Assembly: GCA_009914755.4 (NCBI GenBank)
Contig: CP086569.2
Coordinates: 21,440,001 to 21,504,000 of the forward strand
From: the human T2T-CHM13v2.0 reference genome, Homo sapiens
Direction: 5' to 3'
DNA: 64,000 bases
Shown here: in pieces, positions 13,061 to 25,880 of the stretch
How the letters are laid out: the number at the start of each line of letters is the position of its first letter
How positions within the stretch are numbered: position 1 is the stretch's first letter
Translations under genes and position numbers: made by a program
Notes under the pieces: model-generated
The model's database searches: none
What the model saw: only the letters and a program-made list of their open reading frames with translations
What the model was told of the DNA's origin: nothing

Positions 13061-14812
13061 AAGTATAGTAATACAGTGAACTCCTAGAAATCCATACCTC
13101 TAGGAATTATAACCTAGATTCATTAAAGTCCTCTGTTACCCTTCCCAAATTTATTTTTCTTAAGATAATACCCATCCTGAATTGAATGTTTTTATTGTTG
13201 TGTAAAATTAGTGTTATCTTCTGGGCTACTTACTTGAGGGATACTTTTGAAGACCCCTAAATATTATGAGATGAGACTTACTAATGTAGAAATAAAACTT
13301 GCTCATTTGGTTTTCTGTGTCTTTTTTGTTGTTGTTTTTTTCGTTTGAAAATCCAGATGCCTGTCAGTATTGTCGTGGTGAGGTTTATCCAAATAAACAT
13401 GTAAATGAGCATGGGCCATATGTGGAATTACTTTTTCTTTGCATGCATTAAGCTGGTATTCTACAAAAATCTTAGAAACCCATCCTCACATCAGGAAAAG
13501 GGCATCCTTTGGCCTATACTTGTGAAGAGCTAGAGTAAGGTGCTCCCCACCTTTGAGATTGCTAAAGTTGTCATTCTTTTGGAAATTTATGAGCTAATCA
13601 TCATTTAGTCATTTGAAAAGCTGCCAAACTTTTGTAAAACCCAGTAAGGAAAGCAGGTATGATCTTTGTCCTGACGCAGCTAAGTTCAGGCACGATTAAT
13701 TGCTCGAAATATAGAATGTGTTTTCCTTTGTAGAAATTTAGTTTTGGCATGCCCTAAAATGCATCAGAATCTGGATAAATCACAGAGTTCTGGAAGCCCA
13801 ATTGTCTTCTATAGTGGCACAGAACAATGTGAGACTGCCCCAGAGGTAGTGGGTGAATTCAAGAAGTTAGATGTCTGGCTTTATGGTGGCCAGGTATATG
13901 TTTTATTCTATTTGCAGTGTTAACATTTTTATTCAAATTCTTCAATCGATCCCTTAATATTACTGTAATTTGTAGCCTTTCTCCCTCCTTTTGGAAACGG
14001 CCGCTACTTTGGTTTACGTTCTCTAATGGGGATACAATGTTATGGAGAAGTACCCCAGTCCCTTGATAATTCAATAGAAAATATCACAAGGAAATACTCT
14101 GGATGTGTTTAGTAATAAGCAAAAACTTAAAAATAGAGTGAAACATGATGGCAGTTGAAACAGTTATCAAAAGTCTAAGGAAGTGTGTATGTAAACTTTA
14201 AACTAGAAATTATATTTCTATTCATTTATCTTGTGAAATTTGTTTGTAGAATAATATTCAATGCAGCATTATATAATAAAATTAAAACATTGGAAGAAAT
14301 TAAATTATTAAGTATACTTTAACCATTAAAATGTTGGTCCAGATCTGCAGTTATTGAAATGAAAATGAATATTCAGGACAAATTATTTAGTGTAGTTAAA
14401 ATATGCTGTAGAAGAAAATGAATGAAGTCCTGTTTTTATTTGGAAAGCGTGAACAAAATATTCATAATAGTTATCTTTGGGTGATAAAATGTTTCTATTA
14501 TATAGTTTCATATAAGATGTATTCTTATTTCAGAAGTATCCAAACAAATGTCCAAGAAGGATAGTATTGATATATATCGGGTAAAAGACTTAAAGAGAAC
14601 CTTTGACAGGTCCTGTTAATGAGGTAATATTAATGTTGTAATGTAAATAAATTTAAACACATTTATTATGTGTTTAAATGATATATTTTTAATTTTCCTG
14701 CAAGTGGTTTCAAAAACACACTTCAAAAGCCTTATTTTGTTTTATAGTTTAGTTTATATGATATTATGTAGATTTTTACATTAATTTTTTATCTACTCTT
14801 TTAATTAATTAG

Positions 14813-14896
14813 GTAAAGGAGGTAAAAACAGGCGCAGGGGTAAAAATGAGAATGAATCTGAAAAAAGAGAGTTGGTGTTTAAAGAGGATGGACAAG
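14813..14896 (+). CDS. EIF1AY: eIF1A coding exon 2 (84 nt): (G)[27 protein letters not shown](E)
   Basis: Acceptor ttaattaattAG|GTAAAGGAGG, donor GACAAG|GTAAGA. The translation continues the eIF1A sequence exactly. Confidence 0.93.
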
Positions 14897-15171
14897 GTAA
14901 GACTTTTCAACTTAGGCTTCTTTCATTAATATGTTTTGTTGTTGCTGTTAATATAAATTTCAGTCTTTCTCCTAAAGGAATCTTAATCATTATCCTGAGC
15001 CGTTGTCCCTGTGTTTCCATTTCTCTTTTCCTCATTTCTCATCATCTACATTTCTCCTGTACTTGTTCATTAAATAATGATTCCTTGGATATACCAAGTC
15101 TGGATAGCGGATTCGATGGAAGCATTTTTGTAAATAGACGTTCAGTATTTTGTGTGGAAGAACACAATCTA

Positions 15172-15452
15172 GCTGATGCCTGCAATCCCAGCCCTTTGGA
15201 AAGCGAGGTGGGTGGATTGCTTGAAGCTACGAGTTTGACACTAGCCTGGGCAACAGGGTACAACCGTGTCTCTACAAAAAAAAAAAAAAAAATTAATGGG
15301 GCATGGTGTTACACAACTGGAGTCCCAAGTTCTCTGGAGGATGAGGGGAGAGGATAATTTGAACCCAGGAGGTCTAATCTACAGGGAACTGTGAGGGTGC
15401 CACTGTATTCAGCCTGGGTGACAGAGCAAGACCCTGTCTCAAAAAAATACAA
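15172..15452 (+). mobile_element. Old Alu-like (AluJ/FLAM-type) element in intron 2, + orientation
   Basis: TGCAATCCCAGCCCTTTGGAAAGCGAGGTGGGTGGATTGCTTGAAGC...A-rich linker...GCAGTGAGCC-like right arm ...CAGCCTGGGTGACAGAGCAAGACCCTGTCTCAAAAA. Diverged. Confidence 0.7.
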
Positions 15453-16494
15453 AAGTTCAGAGCAAATTAAGCATAGACTGTGATCATTAAATATTCCATA
15501 CATTGGTAATGAGTAATGTTGTACACTATTAGACCATGGTTATTTATGAGGATAAAACCTCAAAACCTTTTTGAACCACAAGTTCTTCAATGCAGCTAGC
15601 ACATAATCATAAAATGTAATACAATTCTAATAATTGACTAACCCCTTGAATTGATAAACGATGTACAGACTAACATACAAAAAAAAAATAAAGTAAATTT
15701 ATTGGGCCACTTGCTTTTTTTCTTCTTTTTTTTCTTTAAGTGATGAACTTAAGAAAAATTTGTGATATTAGTACACAAAAAAGTTGCATGTATTCTTCAC
15801 CTAGATTCACCAATTTTTAACCTTTTACATCTTTTACTTTATTTCTATCTCTGAGTATCTGCATGTATACACGTTTTTCTAACTATTTTGAATTTTTATA
15901 CAGATAACTAGTAACATGAATTTACAGACTTTAGCGCTAAATACTTCAGCATATGTCTCCCAAGATGAAGCACTTCTCCTTTACTAACTACAAACAACAT
16001 ATTTAACTTTAATGTAATACTGTTATCTGCTTTATACCATGCTGTTACAAATAGGTAACCACTAACCGCATGTGACTATGTAGATTAATTTAACTTACAA
16101 TTTAGATATGTAATAGTTCCATCACAGGCAAGTTTTCCTGAAGAGTGCTAACCTCATAGGTAATCTATATTCAAATTTCTTCACGTTTAATTATTTTCAC
16201 CATGAATACATTTATTGTTTAATAATTTATAAGAACAGCTAGGTATGTTTCTATAGAATTTTTGGTTGTCATTTATGTTCTAAACAGAAGCCACTAAAAA
16301 ATCAACATCTTTTAATTATATGAAACATATTTTCTGGCAAAAGACGTTTATTTAGCCTTCATCTTTTTCACTTCTAATATATGTTGACTTTACTTTCAGG
16401 ACCAGTTTTTTAATTTTCATTCTCATTTTGTTTTTATTTTTCTCCATGTTTCAAAAGTGCTTAATGATAAGCTGAGCTCACTGGATTTTTGTAA

Positions 16495-16836
<342 letters not shown>

Positions 16837-17404
16837 TTTCACTCTTATTTTCTAAGAACTTTAGAATAATCACCGAGATATTCTAAAGTAAACAGGAATT
16901 TTTAATGGTTAAGCTATTATTTGTCTTTGTCATTTCTGAGTTTAGGGATAGTGAAGATAGAGTTAGGCCTCATGTGTGAGAGACTGATGTAGCATTATAG
17001 TGTATATTTTGAAATGTGCCACCGTGATGTTCAAAAGTAGAGTGTACAGTCGTGAAAACAACAGTTGACTTAATCAAAATGAGTGGGTAATTAAAATGCC
17101 TCTAGTAACAGAAATAGCTTGTCATGGAAATGGCATTTGTAACCCTGAACAAGTTACTTGACTTAGTCTTTTATTTATTCTAAATATAAACGTGTTAAAG
17201 CATATGAGCATAGCTGGAAGAGGTGAAGAAGTTGACAGATAAAGAATTCTCTGGTTTCCCTAAATAAAGTTAGAATATGTGTCATTTTGAAATATGACTC
17301 TGAATAAATTACTCAAGCTTTTTGCTATTTGTTTTTTCCTGTTTTTCTTTGTAAGTAGTTTGATCTAATTTAGCAGTAAATGAAGCTTTTATTAACAGGT
17401 AAAT

Positions 17405-17716
17405 TTCTTTTTTTGTTGTTGTTATTGTTGTTGTTGTTGAGTTTTGATCTTGACATCCAGGGTGGCGTGCAGTGGTGCTATCTCAGCTCCCTGCAACCTC
17501 TGCCTCCCGAGTTCAAGCCATTCTCCTGCCTCAGCCTCCTGAGTAGCTGGGATTACAGGCATCGGGCACCACACCCAGCTAATTTTTCTATCTTTAGAAG
17601 AGACAAGGTTTCACCATTCTGGGCAGGCTGGTCTCAAACTCCTGACCTCAGGCAATTCACCTGCCTTGGCCTCCCAAATTGCTAGAATTACAGGCATGAG
17701 CCACCATGCCTGGCCC
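17405..17716 (-). mobile_element. Alu, minus orientation, ending 78 bp upstream of the exon 3 acceptor
   Basis: (GTT)n/T-rich tail then ...GGGTGGCGTGCAGTGGTGCTATCTCAGCTCCCTGCAACCTCTGCCTCCCGAGTTCAAGC...ATTACAGGCATGAGCCACCATGCCTGGCCC. Confidence 0.9.
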
Positions 17717-17794
17717 AATAGCTAAATTTCAGTCATTACATTTTAACAAATGTGGACCAAGATCTCAACCTTTTTTTTTATCTCCTCTCCTCAG

Positions 17795-17898
17795 AGTATG
17801 CTCAGGTAATCAAAATGTTGGGAAATGGACGATTGGAAGCATTGTGTTTTGATGGTGTAAAGAGGTTATGCCATATCAGAGGGAAATTGAGAAAAAAG
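17795..17898 (+). CDS. EIF1AY: eIF1A coding exon 3 (104 nt): (E)[34 protein letters not shown]. Contains Leu50 (GCA TTG TGT).
   Basis: Acceptor tctcctctcctcAG|AGTATGCTCAG, donor AAAAAG|GTAGGT. Residue 50 is Leu. As I recall, EIF1AX has Met50 and EIF1AY has Leu50. Confidence 0.93.
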
Positions 17899-18437
17899 GT
17901 AGGTGTGTAGGTTACTTTTCAATAAAAATTTGCCGCAAAAAATGTCTCTGCTTTAAATACATGGTCCAAGCAATTTATTTTTGTGAGTTCCCAAAATAAT
18001 TTATACAGCAATGATTCATGTGACAATGTGAATAAATAGAAAAAGTCTTTGATAACTTTTAGATTTACTTTTAAAGAATAATTTGTTTGTTTAACTTCTG
18101 TTGTATTCCTACCAGAAATGTTTACTCTGATATTAGTATTGAAGAAACCAGACAAATCTAATATATAACACAAATGGTCTTGACTCAGATGTTAATGCTG
18201 TGAAAGAATGAAAAATCTGGGAATTACTTTAGCTTAAAAGAGATTGATCGGTGCATATCCCTTTGTTAGGTTTTGGATTGGGGGAAATAGTTTTAGGTGG
18301 TACTAGGAAAATTGGAATATGGAATATGTTAGAAACTCTATTTGTTAGTAATACCACATCAGGTAGTTTTATAAATTACACTGATTAAAAGTCTCTACTA
18401 CTCAGATTTTTAATTAAAATAATAAAAACTTATTTTT

Positions 18438-18600
18438 GGCTGAGCTCTGTGGAAGTATTAGCCAGCATACACCTGTAGTCCCAGCTACTGAGGAGGCTGA
18501 GCCCAGGAGTTCAAGGTTCCCATGAGCTAAAAATTGTGCTAATGCTCTCCAGTCTGGGTGATAGAGCGAATCTCTATCTCAAAAAGAAAAAAAAAAAAAT
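18438..18600 (+). mobile_element. Alu right-arm fragment (free right monomer-like), + orientation, intron 3
   Basis: ...CACCTGTAGTCCCAGCTACTGAGGAGGCTGAGCCCAGGAGTTCAAGGTTCC...CTCCAGTCTGGGTGATAGAGCGAATCTCTATCTCAAAAAGAAAAAAAAAA. Confidence 0.8.
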
Positions 18601-19261
18601 CTTTCTGGTATGTTAACATTCTTTCTTTTCCAAATTAGTGGCATTTTAGGGATTCTCTTAGTCCATTTGGGCTGTCACTGACTGGGTAGATTATAAAAAG
18701 CAGAAATTTTATTTCTCATAGTTTTGGAGAAAGAGAAATCTATTTAATATTTGGTGAGGACCCATTTCCTGATTATTATGTGGTGCCTTCTGGCTTAGTC
18801 CACACATAGTGGAAGGGATGAATAAGCTGCCTTGGGCCTCTTCTTTAAAAGCAAAAATCCCATTCATGAGCGATCAGCTGTCATCACGTAATCACCTCCC
18901 AAAGGCCCAACCTCCTAGTACCATCACCTTGGGGATCCAAATTTCAATATAAATCTTTTGAGGAACACAAACATTAAGACAAGAACAGGTGCTGTATTTA
19001 TGTAGATTGGGTGCTTTATAGTCATTTTGTGTAGATACATCTTCTGTATTTGGGACAATTATATGTCTCTCAATTTCTGAGACAAAGGATCATCTGACAT
19101 TTTAAACTCTTGAGTAATTGAAATAAAATTGCTGTATATTTTTTAACATTCTAAATAAGAAAATTTTAAGAAACTCAACTGGGTACTATAGTTTTTTCAT
19201 GCCATACCTTAACTATGTACTACATACAACTATACTACAGATATATATATTTCAGGGTTTT

Positions 19262-19556
19262 TTTCTAATTTATTTTTATTTTTTGAGGCAGGGTCTCACG
19301 CTGTTGTGTAGGCTGGAGTACAGTGGCACAATCACGACTCACTGCAGCCTTCACCTCAAGCAGTCCTCCCGCCTCAGCCTCCTAAAGTAGTTGGCAGGCA
19401 CATGCCACTACACCCAATTTTTTTTTTTTTAACTGTTTGTACAGTCTAGGCCTCTCTGCGTTGCCTAGGATGGTCTCAAGCTCCTGTGCTCAGGTCATCC
19501 CTGTGGCTTAGCCTCCCGGAGTGCTGTGATTATAGGCATGAGACACCTCTCCCGGC
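19262..19556 (-). mobile_element. AluJ-like element, minus orientation, ending ~120 bp upstream of the exon 4 acceptor
   Basis: T-rich tail, GAGGCAGGGTCTCACGCTGTTGTGTAGGCTGGAGTACAGTGGCACAATCACGACTCACTGCAGCC...GATTATAGGCATGAGACACCTCTCCCGGC. Confidence 0.85.
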
Positions 19557-19679
19557 ATCTAATTAATTTTTTTTTTCACACTTGGTGAATAGTATACCTG
19601 TCTTGTGGGAAGATTCACTAAACATTCTTTTTATTATTTGTTTTTATTTTTAAAATAATCTGCAGTAAATTTCTTACAG

Positions 19680-19730
19680 GTTTGGATAAATACATCAGAC
19701 ATTATATTGGTTGGTCTACGGGACTATCAG
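19680..19730 (+). CDS. EIF1AY: eIF1A coding exon 4 (51 nt): VWINTSDIILVGLRDYQ
   Basis: Acceptor aatttcttacAG|GTTTGGATAAAT, donor CTATCAG|GTAAAA. In frame with exon 3. Confidence 0.93.
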
Positions 19731-22476
19731 GTAAAAATAACATTTAAAGTTGTGGTATGTCTGTGTTTAAGCAGTTGTTAATGTTTGGAAGGTAACTATA
19801 CTAGCATCTTTGACCCATTCCAGCCCAGGTTGCTTTCTCACCATTCTGCCTGCCATCATCATTTATTAAGGGCCAGTTGTATTTCAGACTATAGTATTTT
19901 TCAAATTTGACATAATTCTCACTGATAGTAAATGGTACATATATTTTTGTGGAAAGACATAAAGTTTTTAATTCTTTGTTTTCATTGTTAATATAATGTG
20001 CAGTAAATATTTTCTTGCAGGCTTGGGCAAGTACTGTAGACCATCTGTCCTCATCCATTTAAAGGCCAATGGTGTTTCAGGCATTCAGCTAGGTATTTCA
20101 GACATTGTAGTTCCCAAATGCCGGTCTGTTAAATAGTATTGGTGCAGGCTGAATTTTCAGTGCTCTGAAGTCAAATTAGAAGATACATAGTTACGATGTT
20201 TTTCATGGAGCACAATTGTTTGCTTACCTTTTTAAATATATATTTTAATAACTTTTTTAAATGAGAAAGTGTATAAGGTAGTAATTTTTATTAGTGTTCT
20301 AATTTGGCAAAGCAAAATTGAATAATCTGGAGACTCATTTACCTAATATTATTTTTAACATTATTTTAATATTTTGAAATTTAAAGTTCTTGAAATCCAA
20401 ATCTGGGAAACCACAAGTCTAGTTGATGCAGCTGAATAAGTCTGTTCTCCTCTAAAAGTTTTATAGTTTGGTAGTGTAAAGTTAAGGCATACATACCAAG
20501 TAGTTAATGGTACAAAATGTTGTAAAGTACATGCTATAAAGTGAGCGGTATATAACAAAGACAGTAGTAGCTGTTTAATCTCCAACCTTCATACTATTTA
20601 CATGTTGTAGGTCTGTAAAATACATTTGATTTCTACTCATGGAATTCATCACCATTGTTTAACCACATTGAGAAACTACTGCTATGTCTATATTTTTATT
20701 CTCTTGATATTAGGTGAAGTTTTCTGTAGTCATCTGTCAAGTCTAAGTTGGTTTGTAATGTTCAAGTCTTCTGTTGATCTTTTGTCTGATTGTTCTTTTC
20801 ATTACTATAAGTGGCATATTGAAGTTACTTTACTTTTCATCTTGAGAATTTCTACTTTTTAAATTACTTCAGTGTCTTTATTGACTTTTTCTGTTTAGTG
20901 AAATACCATTTTCATAATTTCCTTAATATTTTTAGACATTATTTCTTTTTAAGTCTTAGATAAACTAAGTCCAACTTCTGGGATTCCTCAGGAATAGTAT
21001 TTTTTTTTTCCCTGTGTTTGAGCCACTTTTTTAAATCTTTTTTTTTTTTTTAAACCGAACAATTTAACTACAACATAGCAGTTCTGGAAATCAGATTGCT
21101 GCCTCTCGGGGCTGTTGTTGATACTGCTTGTTTGGTGACTTTTCTGAACTAATTCTTTGGCCATTGAATAGTTGGTTAGTTTAGTGGGCAGTTCATGTTT
21201 GAACTAAGATTTCATTAAAACCACCAAGAATTTAATCATTTAAAGAGGAATCTTGTACATGTAGAGGAATACTTTGAGCATTCAGCCAATGTTGGTAAAC
21301 TGACACCTCTTCCTTAGTCTTCATTTCTTGCTGTGCAGGATCTCAAGTTCAGTCAGGGGTAATATTAGGGCTTTCCTATGTCTTTCTTTATCATGTGCAC
21401 TACTCTGAACGTATATTTGGCCTGTTAGATTTGTAGAAGTATGTTGGACTTTACAGATTTCCTATGGATATCTCATTCCAGAGCTTTTGCGAGTTTTTTG
21501 GTTTATTTTTTGTCTCAACTGTTACTACCACTTAAGGCATGTTAAAAAATTGCCACAGATTATTTTTTCTACAAAAGCCCTGTGGGGTAAACCACAGTGA
21601 TTAAGCTCTGAATCAAGTGAGTTAAAGAAAAGTTCTTAAAATGGAAGTTTCCGGGAACTGCCAGGAAATTCTCTATAGAATGGTGTTATCAAAGAACTTC
21701 GGACTTGGTCTGTGCTTTTCAGTAGCTGCTATTGTGTTGGTTTTTATTAAACTGAGGTAAGGAATGGGAATAGGGGAACTTAAAAGCCCACACTGCTTTT
21801 TCTTAGTAAGGTTCACCTATTTTTCGTGAATAAACGCTCCTTAGTGTTTATTGCATTCATTTGGTTAATTTTCAGATTTCTGATATATGGATTTTGACCA
21901 TGTTTGTCAATGTTCTTATTTCTTTTCTGAAGGAACAAATTTTAGCAAGTCCTTATTCTGCCATTCCTGCAATCACTGCAAGAAAGCATTTATTTTGATA
22001 AGACTTAATTACACATTGACTTTGTTTCTTTTTCATATATCAAATAAAAAGTTGTACTGTGCTTTTAAAATGTTATTTTTATGTCCATTATATTATTCGA
22101 ATTATCATTTTAACAAAAACTGGTTTGCACATTACAGTTTGAAAAGTGTTGGTCTATTTCATACTGCCATTGTGACAGATCACTTTAGTTTACATCTTAC
22201 TTATATTGTAAATTGTAAGCAATCAGAACCCCTCCTCACCCCAAGTTGGATAAAATACTTTCAAATGGGGAACTGTGAACATCTGAGGAAAGTGATTCTT
22301 AGTGTTGGCATTAGAAACACCCACCCAGAAGAACTTTTAAAAATATGCATTCATGTACTACACCCCAGGCAGGTCTACTTTCAATCTTAAGGAAGTAGGT
22401 ATGTATTTTTAAAATCAAGCTATTTTTCAAGTTCCATAGACAATTCTGTTAGATAATCTATACTAAGAACTACTGA

Positions 22477-22793
<317 letters not shown>

Positions 22794-23229
22794 TAGAAAA
22801 GTGTATTACCTTTTTAACATCATTATTCTTTACTCCATTTTTAGTTTTGAATTGCAGTGTTTGACCTTAAAAGTTTTATATTACAATTTTTTTAATTAGT
22901 CTTTTATTTTTTCCAAGAGACTTCTAATTAAAAGGGAATAGTAAATAAAAGCACTGTGCTTGCCTTTTGTGCTTTTATTAAAGTGAAATCTCTACAATCT
23001 TTCCTAAGCTGTTAATCACTGTTTACTAATGAACATAAACCACTTCCTAATTATTCAGACTCAAGAATTTTTTTCTAGAGGGTATTGGGGTAGGCAAAGA
23101 AAAGCAGGAGAGTTTGTAACAAACAGTATGTGGGATTTTTTTAGATGTGTTCAATTTGAAAGTAACTTGTGACACAACTGGTGATATTTTGGTATAAGAC
23201 GTTTTGAAAGTTATTTGTTTATTTCTAAG

Positions 23230-23311
23230 GATAACAAAGCTGATGTAATTTTAAAGTACAATGCAGATGAAGCTAGAAGCCTGAAGGCATATGGCGAGCT
23301 TCCAGAACATG
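23230..23311 (+). CDS. EIF1AY: eIF1A coding exon 5 (82 nt): [27 protein letters not shown](A)
   Basis: Acceptor atttctaAG|GATAACAAAGC, donor GAACATG|GTAAGA. Confidence 0.93.
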
Positions 23312-23984
23312 GTAAGATCAAAATGATTTTATCTCCTCATTATTTGATATTAATGTTTGTTGGTATTTAGGTGAAGGTATTTCCGTAGAACTCTTGTTTT
23401 ACATACTGTTTTAGTGTATACTTAAAAATTTGTTATAAGTAGTCTTGCCTATACTTCAGTTTACTTATGATACTTTGGAAAAGATATTAATAACTGGAAA
23501 TCTCTAATAAAAACGTTATGAACTTGAAAGTAGAAGTCTCTAATAAAGAGATTATGAATTATGAAAGTTCCTTTAGTGACAACTTTATAAATTCATAAGC
23601 TCTGGATTTGTATATAAGATCTGTCAAAGAAATACGTTTTTTATAGTGTTTTTCTAAACAGTTCTCAAGACTGGCAGTTTTCATTTAAGCAGAGGCAACA
23701 AATGTAATACTAATGTTTGATTATTATAGAAAAAAGTATTCATCTTAGCAAAGTTTTAACTATGGGATTATTTTTAACAAACAATTGTGTTTTCTTTTTC
23801 TTAAAGACAAACACAATGCATACTTACTGCCGAAAGCTTGACAAGATTAAAATAAGTCCCTCATGACACCATCAAAGAGAATATGCACTGTTGTAAAGCC
23901 TGCGTATTTTACTTGGCAGCTATTTTCATTATTTATCATATTGCATTTTATGAAAAGATTTTTATATAAACATGAAGATCTTGA

Positions 23985-24072
23985 TGAAATTATTGGCATT
24001 TCAGGAAGTGCTGAAATGTTATTGGAAGTGATGAAATTATTGGCATTTCAGGAAGTGCTGAAAGTTTCGCTT
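23985..24072. repeat. Short two-copy tandem duplication (~40 bp) in intron 5
   Basis: GATGAAATTATTGGCATTTCAGGAAGTGCTGAAA appears twice within 90 bp. Confidence 0.7.
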
Positions 24073-24373
24073 TCATTACTTGGGGATAAGCATGATCATG
24101 ATTTAACCAAGTATTTCTCACTGATTTGATAAGTCTGTTTAAATAATTGGTTAACTAGTTGTTGTAATTTCAAGAGAACTTTATGTATTTTGAGGATAAG
24201 TTGTTAACCTGTGCTCAAATCCTTTTTGAAGGCTACATGGAAATGGTTGGCTATTGAGTTAGCATAATCAGTCTGCCTACCATACTTAAAGTACCTTTTG
24301 TATATGTGCTAAGTGAGAATTAAAAATACCTTTTAAAAACAAATGAAAAATACAGCACAATACAGCACATTCG

Positions 24374-24654
24374 TTCTTTGTTTTTTGAAACAGAGTCTTG
24401 CTCTGTCACCCAGGCAGGAGTGCAGTGGCACCATCTCAGCTCCCTGCATTCTACGCCTGCCAAGTTCAAGCTATTTTCCTGCCTCACCCTCTGCACCCTC
24501 TGAGACTACAGACATTTGCCACCATACCTGGTTAATTTTTTATTTTTTTATTTTTAGTAGAGACCAGATTTCACCATGTTGGCTAGGCTGGTCTCGAACT
24601 CCTGATCTCAAGTGATCTGCCTACCATGGCCTCCCAAATTGGTGGGACTACAGG
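24374..24654 (-). mobile_element. Alu, minus orientation, ending 35 bp upstream of the exon 6 acceptor
   Basis: GAAACAGAGTCTTGCTCTGTCACCCAGGCAGGAGTGCAGTGGCACCATCTCAGCTCCCTGCA...CCTCCCAAATTGGTGGGACTACAGG. Confidence 0.85.
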
Positions 24655-24689
24655 TTATATAATCAGTATGTCTGTTATTTTACCTTTAG

Positions 24690-24781
24690 CTAAAATCAAT
24701 GAAACAGACACATTTGGTCCTGGAGATGATGATGAAATCCAGTTTGACGATATTGGAGATGATGATGAAGACATTGATGAT
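24690..24781 (+). CDS. EIF1AY: eIF1A coding exon 6 (92 nt): (A)[30 protein letters not shown]
   Basis: Acceptor ttacctttAG|CTAAAATCAATG, donor GATGAT|GTAAGTAAATAAA. This encodes the acidic C-terminal tail. Confidence 0.93.
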
Positions 24782-25267
24782 GTAAGTAAATAAACCTAAC
24801 AGGTATTTTGTTTTATCTATGCATTATCTATAAACTTTACAGTCCTTTGGGATAGTATTTACTGCAAAAATCAATTTTAGCTTCGGCAGTAGGCACTTCA
24901 TAATCAACGTTAAGTAAGAGTGTCTAAAGAGATAGTTTTGAGAACACGTCCTCTATTAAGAGAAATGCTTAGTATGTTAAAAGAAGAATTTTGTTTGAAC
25001 CAGTTTGATGCAGCACTGAAATTACAACATACTTCAAAGGTTTGTTAAAATGAAGGGCCTGTTGCCAGGACATGTAATAGAATTACATGGTTGAGCATCA
25101 GTTTGTACTGGCCAGACTCTTGTTTTGGAGTTAGTTTGTGCTTATTTTGTGGAAATGATTGTTTTTCCTAGTAACAAAGCAGCGCAGTTCACAAAGCAGT
25201 AAATGCTTCAGCTCTCTTTTTCAGTTAACTATATTGAAATTAAATTCACTTTGATTTTTCTTCCCTC

Positions 25268-25345
25268 TCTTGAGAGAGAGAGAGGGAGAGGGGGAGAGAG
25301 AGAGAGAGAGAGAGAGAGTGTGTGTGTGTGTGTGTGTGTGTGTTT
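25268..25345. repeat. Compound dinucleotide microsatellite (GA)n(GT)n in intron 6
   Basis: gagagagagagggagagggggagagagagagagagagagagagtgtgtgtgtgtgtgtgtgtgtgt. Confidence 0.95.
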
Positions 25346-25564
25346 ATTGGATATGGAATTTGTTGGTATAGCTTAGACTTCATTTGGGCTTAGGTTTTTT
25401 TGTCAATATCCCTATAATAAAATTGTTGTTCAGGAACCACCTGTATATACACACCCAAAAGTTATGATTAACTAGGTACTGAGAAGAAATTATAGAATAC
25501 CTAAAGCAGTCATTCTTGATGTAATCTGTGCAATTTACCAGAGCTTTTAAAAATTATAAAGTCC

Positions 25565-25880
<316 letters not shown>

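Noticed and set aside
14872-15357. 161-aa + ORF beginning inside eIF1A exon 2 ([22 protein letters not shown]...)
   Set aside because: It is a read-through from exon 2 across the GT donor into intron 2 and an Alu. The real protein splices out at 14896/14897, and the downstream sequence has no eIF1A similarity.
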